Assembly: GCA_002722515.1 (NCBI GenBank)
Contig: PBMH01000019.1
Coordinates: 25,523 to 89,522, forward strand
Direction: 5' to 3'
Source of the DNA: Alphaproteobacteria bacterium
Lineage (GTDB): Bacteria > Pseudomonadota > Alphaproteobacteria > UBA6615
Length of the DNA stretch: 64,000 nt
Shown here: positions 10,189 to 20,579 of the stretch, piece after piece
How the letters are laid out: each line of letters starts with the position of its first letter
Numbering within the stretch: the stretch's first letter is position 1
Made by a program: the position numbers and the translations under genes
Notes under the pieces: model-generated
The model's input: the letters and a program-made list of their open reading frames with translations, nothing else
Database searches by the model: none
What the model was told of the DNA's origin: nothing

Positions 10189-12030
10189 ATGCAGGAATCC
10201 ACGCAGAATTCACGAACGGACACTACCGGCTACCTTATTGGTCGGATGTGGCATGACTGGATGAGCGCCTATAAGGGGCGGGTCGCCATGGCCGTTACCC
10301 TAATGATTGTTGTCGCGGGCGCATCCGCAGCCTACCCCAAACTGATCGAAACTTCGATCGACCTGCTTGAAGCGAAGAACCCCAACGTTATCTGGATGAT
10401 GCCCGCAGCAATCATTCTGGTCACCTTCATCAAGGGCGTCGCTTCCTACGGGCAAAGCGTCCTGAGCCAGTCTGTCGCCCTGCGCGTTATCAACTCCATC
10501 CAAAAGGCCATGTTTTCCCATCTGATGCAGGCCGACCTAAAGGCGCATCACGACACCTCGACCGGAAAACTCATTTCGCGCTTCACCAATGATGTTAATT
10601 TGATGCGCGACGCACTCTCGCGGACCTTAACAGCGATGGCGCGCGATCTCGTGACCGCCGCCGCGCTGATCGGCATGATGTTCTATCTCGACTGGCTGCT
10701 CGCCATCATCGTCGTGATCACTTTCCCGCTCGCCGGCCGACCAATCATCCGGATCGGACGGCGCCTGCGCCGTGCCTCGACGAATGCTCAGACCGGCATG
10801 GGTGAACTGACATCCAATCTGGAACAAGCCTTCTCAGGCATCCGGCTCATCAAGTCGTATCAGATGGAGGCGTATGAGCGGATGCGTGCCAATGCGTTGT
10901 TCGACCGCATCTATTATCTAGTGATGAAGACCGTAAAAGGTCGTGCGCGCACTTACCCGTTCCTTGAAACCATCGGCGGAGCATCGGTCGCAGCAGTACT
11001 GGCCTATGGCGGATGGCGTATCCTTTCAGGGACCGGAACTTTGGGCGAATTTGTAGGTTTCCTGGCAGCGGTCATTCTCGCGTACCAGCCTATCCGGAGC
11101 CTCGGAAACCTGAATGCAGCGCTACAGGAAGGGCTGGCCGCTGTGCAACGCAGCTTTGACCTGCTTGACACACCGGCACAAATTGTTGACGCCGCTGACG
11201 CGCACGATCTCGAACTTCGAGGGGGCAGCATCACTCTCAAGAATGTGACTTTCACCTACACGGGTGACAAGCCTGCCCTAGAAGACATCAACCTACACGT
11301 ACCCCAACGAAAGACGGTCGCTCTGGTAGGCCCAAGTGGTGCGGGCAAATCCACGGTTATGAACCTCCTGCTTCGCTTCCACGACGTCGATAACGGTGCC
11401 GTATTGGTCGACGGTCAGGACGTCCGAACAGTCACCACGGCAAGCCTACGTGATGCTATCGCGCTCGTTAGCCAGGATATCACGTTGTTCAACGACACAG
11501 TTGCTGAAAACATCCGTTTCGGGCGGCCCGATGCGACGGATGATGAGGTGTTCGGTGCTGCCCGCGACGCGGCGGCACATGATTTCGTCATAGCCCTGCC
11601 CGACGGTTATGAAACGCTGGTGGGTGATCGTGGCTCGTCGCTGTCCGGCGGGGAAAGACAGCGCATCGCCATTGCACGGGCAATGCTCAAGGATGCGCCC
11701 ATCCTGCTCCTCGACGAGGCCACGAGCGCGCTGGACTCGGAATCCGAACGGCAGGTCCAGATTGCGCTCGACCGACTGACGGCCAACCGTACAACCCTCG
11801 TCATCGCCCACCGCCTAGCCACAGTCATGAACGCAGACCAGATCCTAGTGATGGATGACGGACGGCTGGTCGAAACCGGCACCCATTCAGAGCTTCAGGC
11901 GCAAGATGGGCTCTACGCTCGTCTCAGCCGCCTCCAATTCCGAGAGCCCAAACCCCAGAATGCGGACGGCGACAGCGACACGGTGCCGAACGCGCGCACG
12001 CAAGACCGGAGCCAACCCCCCCATGCGTGA
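10189..12030 (+). CDS. msbA: ABC transporter permease/ATPase, lipid A export type
   Basis: Six-TM domain plus NBD with Walker A (GPSGAGKST), the LSGGERQR signature and Walker B (ILLLDEATSALD); sits upstream of kdtA-lpxK. Confidence 0.85.
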   Translation: MQESTQNSRTDTTGYLIGRMWHDWMSAYKGRVAMAVTLMIVVAGASAAYPKLIETSIDLLEAKNPNVIWMMPAAIILVTFIKGVASYGQSVLSQSVALRVINSIQKAMFSHLMQADLKAHHDTSTGKLISRFTNDVNLMRDALSRTLTAMARDLVTAAALIGMMFYLDWLLAIIVVITFPLAGRPIIRIGRRLRRASTNAQTGMGELTSNLEQAFSGIRLIKSYQMEAYERMRANALFDRIYYLVMKTVKGRARTYPFLETIGGASVAAVLAYGGWRILSGTGTLGEFVGFLAAVILAYQPIRSLGNLNAALQEGLAAVQRSFDLLDTPAQIVDAADAHDLELRGGSITLKNVTFTYTGDKPALEDINLHVPQRKTVALVGPSGAGKSTVMNLLLRFHDVDNGAVLVDGQDVRTVTTASLRDAIALVSQDITLFNDTVAENIRFGRPDATDDEVFGAARDAAAHDFVIALPDGYETLVGDRGSSLSGGERQRIAIARAMLKDAPILLLDEATSALDSESERQVQIALDRLTANRTTLVIAHRLATVMNADQILVMDDGRLVETGTHSELQAQDGLYARLSRLQFREPKPQNADGDSDTVPNARTQDRSQPPHA

Positions 12031-13324
12031 AGGCAGCGCCGCGCTAGCCAGCGCGCTTTATCGTAGCGCCACCACAGCCGGTCTGCCGCTGATTGAGCTG
12101 CTCCTAGCGCGACGCCTTATGCGCGGCAGAGAGGAGACAGCGCGTATTGATGAGCGCCGCGGTATTCCCTCTATCCAGCGCCCCGCGGGACCCGTGATCT
12201 GGATCCACGCCGCCAGCATCGGCGAGGCGCAATCCGTCCTAGTCTTGATCGAGAAGATCCTGAAGATCGCGCCAGAAATCCACATTCTAATGACCACAGG
12301 CACGGTGACGTCAGCACGTATGATGGAAGATCGGCTCCCGCCGCGAGCAATCCACCAGTTTGTACCCGTCGACAGGATAGCCTGGGTGCGGCGATTCCTA
12401 GAATATTGGAAACCGGCCGCAGCATTGTGGGTCGAATCCGAGCTCTGGCCCAACCTGTTGCTCGAATCCCGACGCGCCGGCGTACCGATGGCGCTAGTGA
12501 ACGCGCGCATGTCCGAGAAATCGCGCAAGAACTGGAGCCGGGCGCCCGGCTTCGCGCGACAGCTGCTCGCCTGCCTCGGAACGATCCTAGCGCAGGATGC
12601 GGAAATCGCTGCACGGCTCGAAGCACTGGGCGCGCGCAACGTATCGATCACCGGAAACCTGAAACTCGCCGCCGCCCCACTGCCCGCGACCGCGGGCGCA
12701 CTCATCGCGCTACAAGACGCGATCGGGGATCGGCCAACATGGGTCGCTGCCAGCACCCATCGCGGCGAGGAAGACATGGTCGGTGCCGCGCATCGCGGCC
12801 TCGCCGAGACATATCCCAGGCTGCTGACTCTGTTGGCGCCCCGCCACCCGCAACGCGGGGACGACATCGCACACTCCCTCGCCCGCACCGGCCTAAAGGT
12901 CGCCCGGTGGTCGCAGAACGACACGATCACACCCGACACGAATATCTACCTTGTAGACGGAACAGGTCAGCTCGGCCTTCTCTACCGCGTCGCACCGATC
13001 GCCTTCATCGGCGGCTCGCTGATTCCCCATGGCGGGCAAAATATGCTCGAGGCCGCCCAGCTGCGCTGCGCCGTGCTCTACGGACCGCATATCGACAATT
13101 TCCGCTCGGTCGCCAGAGAGCTCGAGGCTGCCGGCGCGAGCCTGCCACTGGCCGACGCAGACGATCTGGAGCGAACCGTAGGTGCACTTCTGGCGGATTC
13201 CGTCCGTACCGAAGCTATAGCAGCGGCCGCGGATGGCGCGGCCAGTCGCAAGCAGGAGGTGATCGATCTGGTGATGCGGCGCCTAAAACCGATAATTGCC
13301 AACGCCGTGGCAGGCGAATCGTGA
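12023..13324 (+). CDS. waaA: 3-deoxy-D-manno-octulosonic acid (Kdo) transferase
   Basis: KdtA N-terminal domain motif WIHAASIGE. ATG at 12023 overlaps the msbA stop (ATGCGTGA). Confidence 0.9.
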   Translation: MREGSAALASALYRSATTAGLPLIELLLARRLMRGREETARIDERRGIPSIQRPAGPVIWIHAASIGEAQSVLVLIEKILKIAPEIHILMTTGTVTSARMMEDRLPPRAIHQFVPVDRIAWVRRFLEYWKPAAALWVESELWPNLLLESRRAGVPMALVNARMSEKSRKNWSRAPGFARQLLACLGTILAQDAEIAARLEALGARNVSITGNLKLAAAPLPATAGALIALQDAIGDRPTWVAASTHRGEEDMVGAAHRGLAETYPRLLTLLAPRHPQRGDDIAHSLARTGLKVARWSQNDTITPDTNIYLVDGTGQLGLLYRVAPIAFIGGSLIPHGGQNMLEAAQLRCAVLYGPHIDNFRSVARELEAAGASLPLADADDLERTVGALLADSVRTEAIAAAADGAASRKQEVIDLVMRRLKPIIANAVAGES

Positions 13325-14292
13325 AGGCCCCCGGCTTCTGGTCCCGGCCCGGGTCGCCGCTCAGCACCACCCTTGGGCCCGTGGGCCGCGCCTATGGCTG
13401 GGCCGGAGCGCTTCGGCGAATATTCACGACGCCCACGAAACTCGATGCGGCGATCCTGTGTGTCGGCAACCTGACTGCTGGCGGTACCGGTAAGACCCCT
13501 GTCGCACTAAGCATTGCAGCCGCCCTACAAGCCGATGGAACGGCATTTCTGACCCGCGGTTATGGTGGGCGCATGGCGGGACCCCTGCGCGTCGATCCGG
13601 ACACGCATAACCATAAAGATGTCGGAGACGAGGCTCTGCTCCTCGCTCGAACAGCCCCCACCTGGGTCGCCCGGGATCGTGCGGCGGGCGCCCGCGCTGC
13701 AATCGCGGGCGGCGCACGACTGATCATCATGGATGACGGGTTCCAGAATCCGGCGTTAGTGAAGGACGTCGCTCTCGTCGTGATAGACGGCGAGACGGGG
13801 TTCGGCAACGGCAAGCTGATCCCCGCCGGGCCCCTGCGGGAACCGGTCGCGCGGGGGCTGGAACGCGCTGACGCGGCTGTCATAGTCGGCAATGATCACG
13901 CCGGCATAGCCGCACGGTCGCCCGACACGCTCCCCCGACTCACGGGCCGAACCCAGCCCACCGCAAACAACGAACCGTGGGCCGGCCGCCGGGTCGTCGC
14001 CTTCGCCGGGATCGGCCGGCCGGCGAAGTTTTTCGCGACCCTCGAGGTACTCGGCTGCGAGATCGTCGCCACCCATGCCTTCGCCGATCACCACCGGTTC
14101 ACGGTCGCCGAGATCGAACAAATCCGCGCCGCGGCGGGTGATACAACCCTAGTCACGACGGAAAAGGACGCCTTGCGTCTGCCACCTTCCTATGCGAACA
14201 CCGTTGAGACCCTAGCGGTCGAGTTCGTGTGGGACGACCCTCGCGCGCTGGCCGAAATTGTCGCGAGGAAAATTCCGGCGGTGCTCACCTAA
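13321..14292 (+). CDS. lpxK: tetraacyldisaccharide 4'-kinase
   Basis: P-loop GNLTAGGTGKTP. GTG start overlaps the waaA stop (GTGA). The 628-aa ORF in the track is a frame artefact upstream of this point. Confidence 0.9.
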   Translation: MKAPGFWSRPGSPLSTTLGPVGRAYGWAGALRRIFTTPTKLDAAILCVGNLTAGGTGKTPVALSIAAALQADGTAFLTRGYGGRMAGPLRVDPDTHNHKDVGDEALLLARTAPTWVARDRAAGARAAIAGGARLIIMDDGFQNPALVKDVALVVIDGETGFGNGKLIPAGPLREPVARGLERADAAVIVGNDHAGIAARSPDTLPRLTGRTQPTANNEPWAGRRVVAFAGIGRPAKFFATLEVLGCEIVATHAFADHHRFTVAEIEQIRAAAGDTTLVTTEKDALRLPPSYANTVETLAVEFVWDDPRALAEIVARKIPAVLT

Positions 14293-15107
14293 TGGGCCGA
14301 CGGCATCGGCCCCGCGATCAGCTCGGGATCCAGCCGCACATCGAACCAATTGATCCGCCAATCGAGATGCGGGCCGGTCGAACGGCCCGTCGAACCGACC
14401 GTGCCGATCGGTGCCCCCATCACCACCATTTCACCCTCATCGACGTCGATCGAATCGAGATGCGAGTAGATGCTCGTCAGCCCGTAGCCATGGTCCAGCA
14501 CGATCGTGCCACCGGTGAAGAACAGGTCGTCTTCCGCAAGTGTCACCACCCCACGCGCCGACGCCAGCACCGGTGTCCCCGTCGGCGCCGCTATATCGAT
14601 TCCAAGATGGGGCCGGCGCGGCTTGCCGTTGAGGATACGCTGGTTGCCATACCGCCCGGTTATCTGGCCGATGATCGGCCAAGCGAACCCATTTTCGAAG
14701 TATAGCATTTCGCTATCGCGTGCGCGGACGGCAGAGATCAGGTGTCCCTCGCGCCGGATACGTTCCATGTCACGCGCATTAGGCGAGACCTTACGGGCCG
14801 GCAGCCCGTCGATCCGCTCGATGTCATAGTCACGCATGACAACCGGAAGCCGCCGGATCTCGCGGCGCCCCTCGCCAAGATCGATCTGCAGAGTGAAGGC
14901 TTCCGTGCGATCCCGGTCCACCCCAAACACGAACCGGCCGGAGGCCGGATCGACACGCAGTGGTTCCCCATCTAGGACCACGGCCGCGCCGGGTGCGGCA
15001 GTCCCGATCACTAGCGCGCCCTGCGTTAACGTCTCGGGAAGATCAAGTGCCCGCGCTACGCCGTAAGACACGATCAATATAACCAGCGCCGCGAGCCGAG
15101 TCCTCAC
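14289..15107 (-). CDS. M23 family metallopeptidase (secreted)
   Basis: Signal peptide; M23 motifs HLGIDIAAPTGTPV and LDHGYG...YSHL. Confidence 0.85.
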   Translation of the reverse strand: MRTRLAALVILIVSYGVARALDLPETLTQGALVIGTAAPGAAVVLDGEPLRVDPASGRFVFGVDRDRTEAFTLQIDLGEGRREIRRLPVVMRDYDIERIDGLPARKVSPNARDMERIRREGHLISAVRARDSEMLYFENGFAWPIIGQITGRYGNQRILNGKPRRPHLGIDIAAPTGTPVLASARGVVTLAEDDLFFTGGTIVLDHGYGLTSIYSHLDSIDVDEGEMVVMGAPIGTVGSTGRSTGPHLDWRINWFDVRLDPELIAGPMPSAH

Positions 15108-16672
15108 AGAAGGGAGCCTTGCGGATCGTCACCCGGCCCTGTCTTCGTCTTCGGTTTGGCGCGCATGGATTTGCGGGCCGGGGCATCTCTACCCACGCTG
15201 TCGACAGTCGCGCCGATAACGCCGTCATCGCGGAAACTGAGCGAGATCGTATCACCCGGCCCAAGCGTATCGGCTGCAAGCACCGGGGCGCCGGCGGCGT
15301 CGCGTACCAGCACGAACCCCCTCTCCAGAACACCCTTGTATGAATAGCTCTCCAACAGGCCATCAATACCGGTAAGACGCTGTTCAGTATCTGCCAGAAA
15401 GCGCCTCGAGGCTTGTTCCAGACGATCGCCGAGAGATTGTGCATCGCGCAGGTCACGTTCGAAGCGCGCGGCATCAGACGATCGCGCTGCCGCGAGGCGT
15501 GCCACCATCTCCGCAAGGTCGCGCTGTTTGACCGCGACATAATGATCGGGATGCACGAGCTGTCGGCTATGCTGTACCATCGCTTCACCCTTGGTACGCA
15601 GAACCCGGGACAGCGCAGGGCGGAGCCGTTCGACCCAGTCATCGACCCGCTGCATTGCGCCCTCGAGGATACGGCGCGGCGCGGGCAAACCGCGGCCGAG
15701 CGCCGTCACCTCCTGGGCACGGCTGCGCACTAGGCGGTTCATAGCGCCGGTCAGCCGGGCGCCGTCCTCTTCCACCTGGGCAACCAGATCGCTGCGCACC
15801 GGTACCGCCATCTCCGCCGCCGCAGTCGGCGTCGGCGCACGCCGATCCGACGCGAAATCGATCAGCGTGGAGTCGGTCTCGTGGCCGACGGCTGAAATCA
15901 GTGGAATATCGCTCTCCGCCGCGGCGCGGACCACATTCTCCTCGTTGAATGCCATTAGGTCCTCGAGCGACCCGCCGCCCCGGGCGACGATCAGAAGGTC
16001 CGGCCGCGGGACGGACCCCCCCGGTACGATCCGGTTGAAGCCCTCGATCGCGGCCGTCACCTGTGCCGCCGCACCGTCGCCCTGCACCAAGGCCGGCCAG
16101 ACTAGGACATGGCGCGGGAAGCGGTCGGCCAGCCGGTGCAGTATGTCGCGGATTACGGCTCCCGTGGGCGACGTGACCACGCCGATCACCCCCGGTAGAA
16201 AGGGAATATCTGCCTTCCGGTCGGCATCAAAAAGGCCCTCGCCCGCGAGCCGCTTGCGCCGCTCCTCGATCATCTTGAGCAGTGCGCCCTCGCCCGCCAC
16301 CTCGAGCCGCTCGATCACGAGCTGGTACTTGGAACGGGCGGGATAAGTCGCGACCCGGCCCGTGGCGATCACCTCGAGCCCGTCCTCGGGCTCTATCTCT
16401 AGCCGGCCCGCGGAACCGCGCCAGCGCACCGCGTCCATGGTAGCGTCGGCGTCCTTAAGGGTCATGTAGAGATGGCCGGATGCCGCGCGCTTGAAGCCGG
16501 ACACCTCGCCGCGCACCCGCACATAGGCGAAGCTATCTTCGACCGTGCGCTTGACCGCCCCGGACAGCTCCGCGATCGACAGCACGGGAGGCTGGTTGTC
16601 GCCGGTGGCCTGATCCAGCAGGTCTGGGGTATCGGGGGGCGTCTGGTTCATCGAATCACTCTCATGATACAA
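15104..16672 (-). CDS. xseA: exodeoxyribonuclease VII large subunit
   Basis: OB-fold N-terminus plus XseA catalytic region; basic C-terminal tail. Confidence 0.9.
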   Translation of the reverse strand: MYHESDSMNQTPPDTPDLLDQATGDNQPPVLSIAELSGAVKRTVEDSFAYVRVRGEVSGFKRAASGHLYMTLKDADATMDAVRWRGSAGRLEIEPEDGLEVIATGRVATYPARSKYQLVIERLEVAGEGALLKMIEERRKRLAGEGLFDADRKADIPFLPGVIGVVTSPTGAVIRDILHRLADRFPRHVLVWPALVQGDGAAAQVTAAIEGFNRIVPGGSVPRPDLLIVARGGGSLEDLMAFNEENVVRAAAESDIPLISAVGHETDSTLIDFASDRRAPTPTAAAEMAVPVRSDLVAQVEEDGARLTGAMNRLVRSRAQEVTALGRGLPAPRRILEGAMQRVDDWVERLRPALSRVLRTKGEAMVQHSRQLVHPDHYVAVKQRDLAEMVARLAAARSSDAARFERDLRDAQSLGDRLEQASRRFLADTEQRLTGIDGLLESYSYKGVLERGFVLVRDAAGAPVLAADTLGPGDTISLSFRDDGVIGATVDSVGRDAPARKSMRAKPKTKTGPGDDPQGSLL

Positions 16673-16715
16673 ACTACGGGCCGTGAAACGAAGGGCTCAA
16701 AGAAGGATCATCCCG

Positions 16716-17990
16716 ATGCGAATTCTCGTTGTCGGCGGTGGCGGGCGCGAGCACGCGCTGTGCTGGGCTATCGCCGCCTCTCCGCTCTGCGAAGTACTTT
16801 ATTGTGCGCCCGGCAATGCTGGGATAGCCCGGGATGCCGAATGTGTCCCAATTGCGGCCGACGATGTCGTGGCGCTAGTCGAATTTGCCACTGAACAAGC
16901 TATCGACCTAGTTGTAGTCGGCCCTGAGGTGCCGCTGGTTCTCGGCCTGGTGGATCGGCTAGATGCGGAGGGCGTGATGGCCTTCGGGCCGTGCGCCGAC
17001 GCCGCGATGCTCGAGGGCTCGAAAGGATTCATGAAAGATCTGTGCGCCCGCCACGATATCCCGACTGCCGCCTATGGCCGCTTCGCCACTGCGGAAGATG
17101 CCAAGGCCTATATCCGCGAAAAGGGTGGGCCCATCGTGGTTAAGGTCGACGGACTAGCCGCCGGCAAAGGCGTAACTGTTGCCCGGACCATCGACGAGGC
17201 GTTTGACGCTGTGGACCAAGCAATGAATGACCAGGTGTTCGGCGACGCCGGCGCCGAGCTAATCATTGAGGAATTCCTGCCGGGCGAAGAGCTATCTTTC
17301 TTCGCGCTCGTTGACGGTAAGACGGCCCTGCCGCTGGCCGGTGCGCAGGACCATAAGGCCGTCGGCGATGGCGATACCGGCCCCAATACCGGCGGCATGG
17401 GTGCTTACTCTCCCGCCCCGTCCCTCACACCAACGCTAGAAGATGAGGTGATGGAGACGATCATATTGCCAACCGTCCGCGGCATGGCCGCCGACGGATA
17501 TCCCTATCGCGGTGTGCTCTATGCCGGGCTGATGCTCAACGAGGGCCGCCCGAAGCTGCTCGAGTACAATGTCAGGTTCGGCGACCCGGAATGCCAAGTG
17601 CTAATGATGCGACTGCGCTCCGACATCGTGCCGGCGTTAGTCGCATCCTGCGACGGTACTCTAGAAACATTTGACCTGCGCTGGTCCGACGAAGCAGCAC
17701 TCACCGTGGTGCTGGCCGCGAATGGCTATCCGGGCACGTATGAGAAGGGCACGGAGATCAGCGGGCTCGACAAGGCCGCGGCGACCGGGGCGACGGTTTT
17801 CCATGCGGGCACCATCGCCGACGACGGGAAAATTCTCGCGACCGGCGGCCGGGTCCTCAACGTGACGGCGCGCGGCACCAGCATCACGAAGGCCCAGGCG
17901 CGTGCCTATGCCGCCGTCGACGCCATCGACTGGCCGGGAGGCTTCTGCCGCCGTGACATCGGATGGCGTGCCGTTGCGCAGAAAAGGTAG
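16716..17990 (+). CDS. purD: phosphoribosylamine--glycine ligase
   Basis: [16 protein letters not shown]-terminus and ATP-grasp fold. RBS AGAAGGA lies upstream of the ATG at 16716. Confidence 0.9.
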   Translation: MRILVVGGGGREHALCWAIAASPLCEVLYCAPGNAGIARDAECVPIAADDVVALVEFATEQAIDLVVVGPEVPLVLGLVDRLDAEGVMAFGPCADAAMLEGSKGFMKDLCARHDIPTAAYGRFATAEDAKAYIREKGGPIVVKVDGLAAGKGVTVARTIDEAFDAVDQAMNDQVFGDAGAELIIEEFLPGEELSFFALVDGKTALPLAGAQDHKAVGDGDTGPNTGGMGAYSPAPSLTPTLEDEVMETIILPTVRGMAADGYPYRGVLYAGLMLNEGRPKLLEYNVRFGDPECQVLMMRLRSDIVPALVASCDGTLETFDLRWSDEAALTVVLAANGYPGTYEKGTEISGLDKAAATGATVFHAGTIADDGKILATGGRVLNVTARGTSITKAQARAYAAVDAIDWPGGFCRRDIGWRAVAQKR

Positions 17991-18001
17991 CGAAGCGCAC
18001 C

Positions 18002-18454
18002 CTAGCGAAGTCCTGCGAAAAACTCCCTCAAGAGACGCGCGCACTCGCCTTCTTCCAGACCGCCCACGACGTCCGGCACATGGTTGCATGTGGGTTGTGA
18101 GAAAATGCGTGCACCATGTTCCACGCCGCCACCTTTCGGGTCATAGGCACCAAAGAATAACCTTGTAATTCGGGCAAAAGCGATCGCCTGGGCGCACATG
18201 GCGCAGGGTTCCAGCGTGACATACAGATCGCAGTGTGACAGCCGGGCCACAGACAATTCCCGCGCCGCCATCCGGATCGCCAACAACTCCGCATGAGCCG
18301 TTGGATCGCGGTCCTGTTCGACTCGGTTCCCGGCAACAGCCAGAATCCGCGATGCTACCCGATCTACGATCACGGCACCCACGGGCACATCCCCGAATGC
18401 CGCCGATGCCCGGGCTGCGGCCAAGGCCTGTTTCATGTAACGCGCGTCTTCCAT
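18002..18454 (-). CDS. tadA: tRNA adenosine(34) deaminase
   Basis: CDA zinc motifs HAE...PCAMC; start placed at MEDARYMKQAL. Confidence 0.85.
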   Translation of the reverse strand: MEDARYMKQALAAARASAAFGDVPVGAVIVDRVASRILAVAGNRVEQDRDPTAHAELLAIRMAARELSVARLSHCDLYVTLEPCAMCAQAIAFARITRLFFGAYDPKGGGVEHGARIFSQPTCNHVPDVVGGLEEGECARLLREFFAGLR

Positions 18455-18521
18455 GAGAGGAACGGTGCCCGTGCAAGCGCAAAATTGCAACGACGCGCAG
18501 CCGCCGCGTAGAGTGCACCGC

Positions 18522-19244
18522 ATGTCCAGACCTGTGATTGGCATCACCCTCGATTCCGAGAAACCCGGCTGCTATTCGAACCTGCCCTGGTACGCCCTGC
18601 GTCAAAATTACACCGATGCGGTGGCCGAGGCTGGGGGCCTTCCACTGCCGCTACCCCACGAGCCGGACCAGGCCGACGCCTATCTCGATATCATTGACGG
18701 ACTGGTCATCACAGGCGGCGCCTTTGACGTCGACCCATCCCTTTTCGGCGCCGACAAGCGTCACTCCACAGTCGTGACCAAGGACAGGCGCACGGCGTTC
18801 GAACTCGCAACCACCCGCGGCGCACTCGACCGAGATATGCCCCTACTCGGCATCTGTGGCGGCCAGCAACTTCTGCATGTAGCGCTGGGTGGCACCCTAA
18901 TCCAGCACATCCCCGACGAGATCGCCGAACCGCTGGCCCATGAACAACCTAACCCCCGTGACGAGCCTGGCCACAGCATTTCCCTGCGGCCCGGTACACT
19001 GCTGCACCGGATCGTCGATGCCGACTCGCTTGAGGTGAACAGCGCCCATCATCAGGCTGCTAAGGACACATCCGACCGCATCGTCGTCAACGCCGTCGCA
19101 CAGGACGGGGTAATCGAGGGGATTGAGGCGATCGATGCAAGTTTCGCACTGGGTGTCCAGTGGCATCCGGAGTACAATGTCTCGGCAGGCGATAAAGCAA
19201 TTTTCAAGGCCTTAATCGACGCCGCCGCACACTCATCAACGTAA
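18522..19244 (+). CDS. class I glutamine amidotransferase, gamma-glutamyl-GABA hydrolase (PuuD)-like
   Basis: Catalytic-Cys context LLGICGGQQ and a downstream His-containing segment. Confidence 0.75.
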   Translation: MSRPVIGITLDSEKPGCYSNLPWYALRQNYTDAVAEAGGLPLPLPHEPDQADAYLDIIDGLVITGGAFDVDPSLFGADKRHSTVVTKDRRTAFELATTRGALDRDMPLLGICGGQQLLHVALGGTLIQHIPDEIAEPLAHEQPNPRDEPGHSISLRPGTLLHRIVDADSLEVNSAHHQAAKDTSDRIVVNAVAQDGVIEGIEAIDASFALGVQWHPEYNVSAGDKAIFKALIDAAAHSST

Positions 19245-19262
19245 CGAACCGATCGGCCGCCA

Positions 19263-19994
19263 ATGAACTCCGACGCACCCAAGGGCCAGCGTATCGCCAA
19301 GATCATAGCACGAGCGGGCGTGTCCTCGCGACGGGAAGCTGAGCGCTGGATCGCGGACGGCCGCGTCACCCTCAACGGGAAACCGGTGGATTCGCCCGCA
19401 CTCAACGTCTCGATCGATGCCGACATCCGGATCAACGGAAATCCCCTACCCGCGCGCGACGCCGCGAGAGTGTGGCGTTATAATAAACCGCAGGGTCGCC
19501 TGACCACCCATCGTGACCCCGAGGGGCGGCCGACTATCTTCGACGCGCTACCGACTGAACTCGCGCACGCCAAGCCCGTCGGCAGGCTAGATATGAACTC
19601 AGAGGGCCTACTCCTGCTGACTAACGATGGAGAGCTCGCACGGCGTTTGGAGCTGCCGTCCACGGGCTGGCTGCGCCAGTACCGCGTGCGGGTGCATGGC
19701 CGGATCGACCCATCCGCGCTCGCCATACTGGAACGCGGGGTGGAGATCGACGGCACACATTTCCGGCCCGCGCGCGCAAAGCTGGAGCGCCAGGTCAACG
19801 CAAACGCTTGGCTGACCATTGCTATCCGCGAAGGCAAGAATCGTGAGGTCCGTCGGCTGATGGAACATCTCGGCTATACGGTGAACCGGCTGATCCGCAC
19901 CGGTTACGGGCCCTTCCAGCTGGGTAAGCTGCCACGCAGTCACGTCCAGGAGGTTGCACCCAAGATCCTCGCCGAACAGTTGCCGCGCGCATGA
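19263..19994 (+). CDS. pseudouridine synthase, RsuA/RluB family (S4 domain + catalytic domain)
   Basis: S4 RNA-binding N-terminus (IARAGVSSRREAERWIADGRVTLNG) followed by a catalytic Asp region. Confidence 0.8.
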   Translation: MNSDAPKGQRIAKIIARAGVSSRREAERWIADGRVTLNGKPVDSPALNVSIDADIRINGNPLPARDAARVWRYNKPQGRLTTHRDPEGRPTIFDALPTELAHAKPVGRLDMNSEGLLLLTNDGELARRLELPSTGWLRQYRVRVHGRIDPSALAILERGVEIDGTHFRPARAKLERQVNANAWLTIAIREGKNREVRRLMEHLGYTVNRLIRTGYGPFQLGKLPRSHVQEVAPKILAEQLPRA

Positions 19995-20572
19995 CAGCAC
20001 AAGCTGGACGGCTGCGTATCATTGGTGGGAGCCATCGCGGTCGCCGTATCCAGACTCCACTCGGCTCGGACGCACGCCCTACCGGGGACCGGGTCCGCGA
20101 AGCCCTCTTCAACATCCTCGTTAATGGTCTCGCCGACGCCCCCGCCCTATCGGGGGCGTCGGTACTGGACGCCTGCGCCGGCTCCGGTGCCCTGGGTATC
20201 GAAGCGCTGTCGCGTGGAGCAAAACATGCGATTTTCTTCGATATAGATCGGGCAGCGGTGCGTCAGATCGCGTCTAATCTCGACGTTCTTGGCCTGAGAG
20301 ATCGCGCCGACGTCCAGCGGATGGACGTCCGCCGGCCGAGCGCCGGTACGCCCTGCACCATCCTGTTTCTAGATCCGCCCTATGACAGCGATACGGCGCA
20401 GATTGGACCTGAGGCCCTCGCGCACCGCGGCTGGCTAGCGCCGGGTAGCCTCTGCGTGATCGAGACACGCCGTGGCGCGGATCTCGACTGCGGCGCCGAA
20501 TTCCGGCCGCTCGACGCGCGCACCTATGGCGACACATCGCTGCACTTCCTGAGCTGGTTGGGACAGGTGTGA
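19991..20572 (+). CDS. rsmD: 16S rRNA (guanine966-N2)-methyltransferase
   Basis: RIIGGSHRGRRI and DPPY motifs; overlaps the preceding gene's stop. Confidence 0.85.
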   Translation: MTAQAGRLRIIGGSHRGRRIQTPLGSDARPTGDRVREALFNILVNGLADAPALSGASVLDACAGSGALGIEALSRGAKHAIFFDIDRAAVRQIASNLDVLGLRDRADVQRMDVRRPSAGTPCTILFLDPPYDSDTAQIGPEALAHRGWLAPGSLCVIETRRGADLDCGAEFRPLDARTYGDTSLHFLSWLGQV

Positions 20573-20579
20573 CGCAGGA

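Noticed and set aside
12406-14292. 628-aa ORF spanning the 3' half of waaA and all of lpxK
   Set aside because: Only the last 324 codons (from the GTG at 13321) match LpxK. The upstream part is an Arg/Pro-rich translation of the waaA alternative frame, typical of high-GC DNA.
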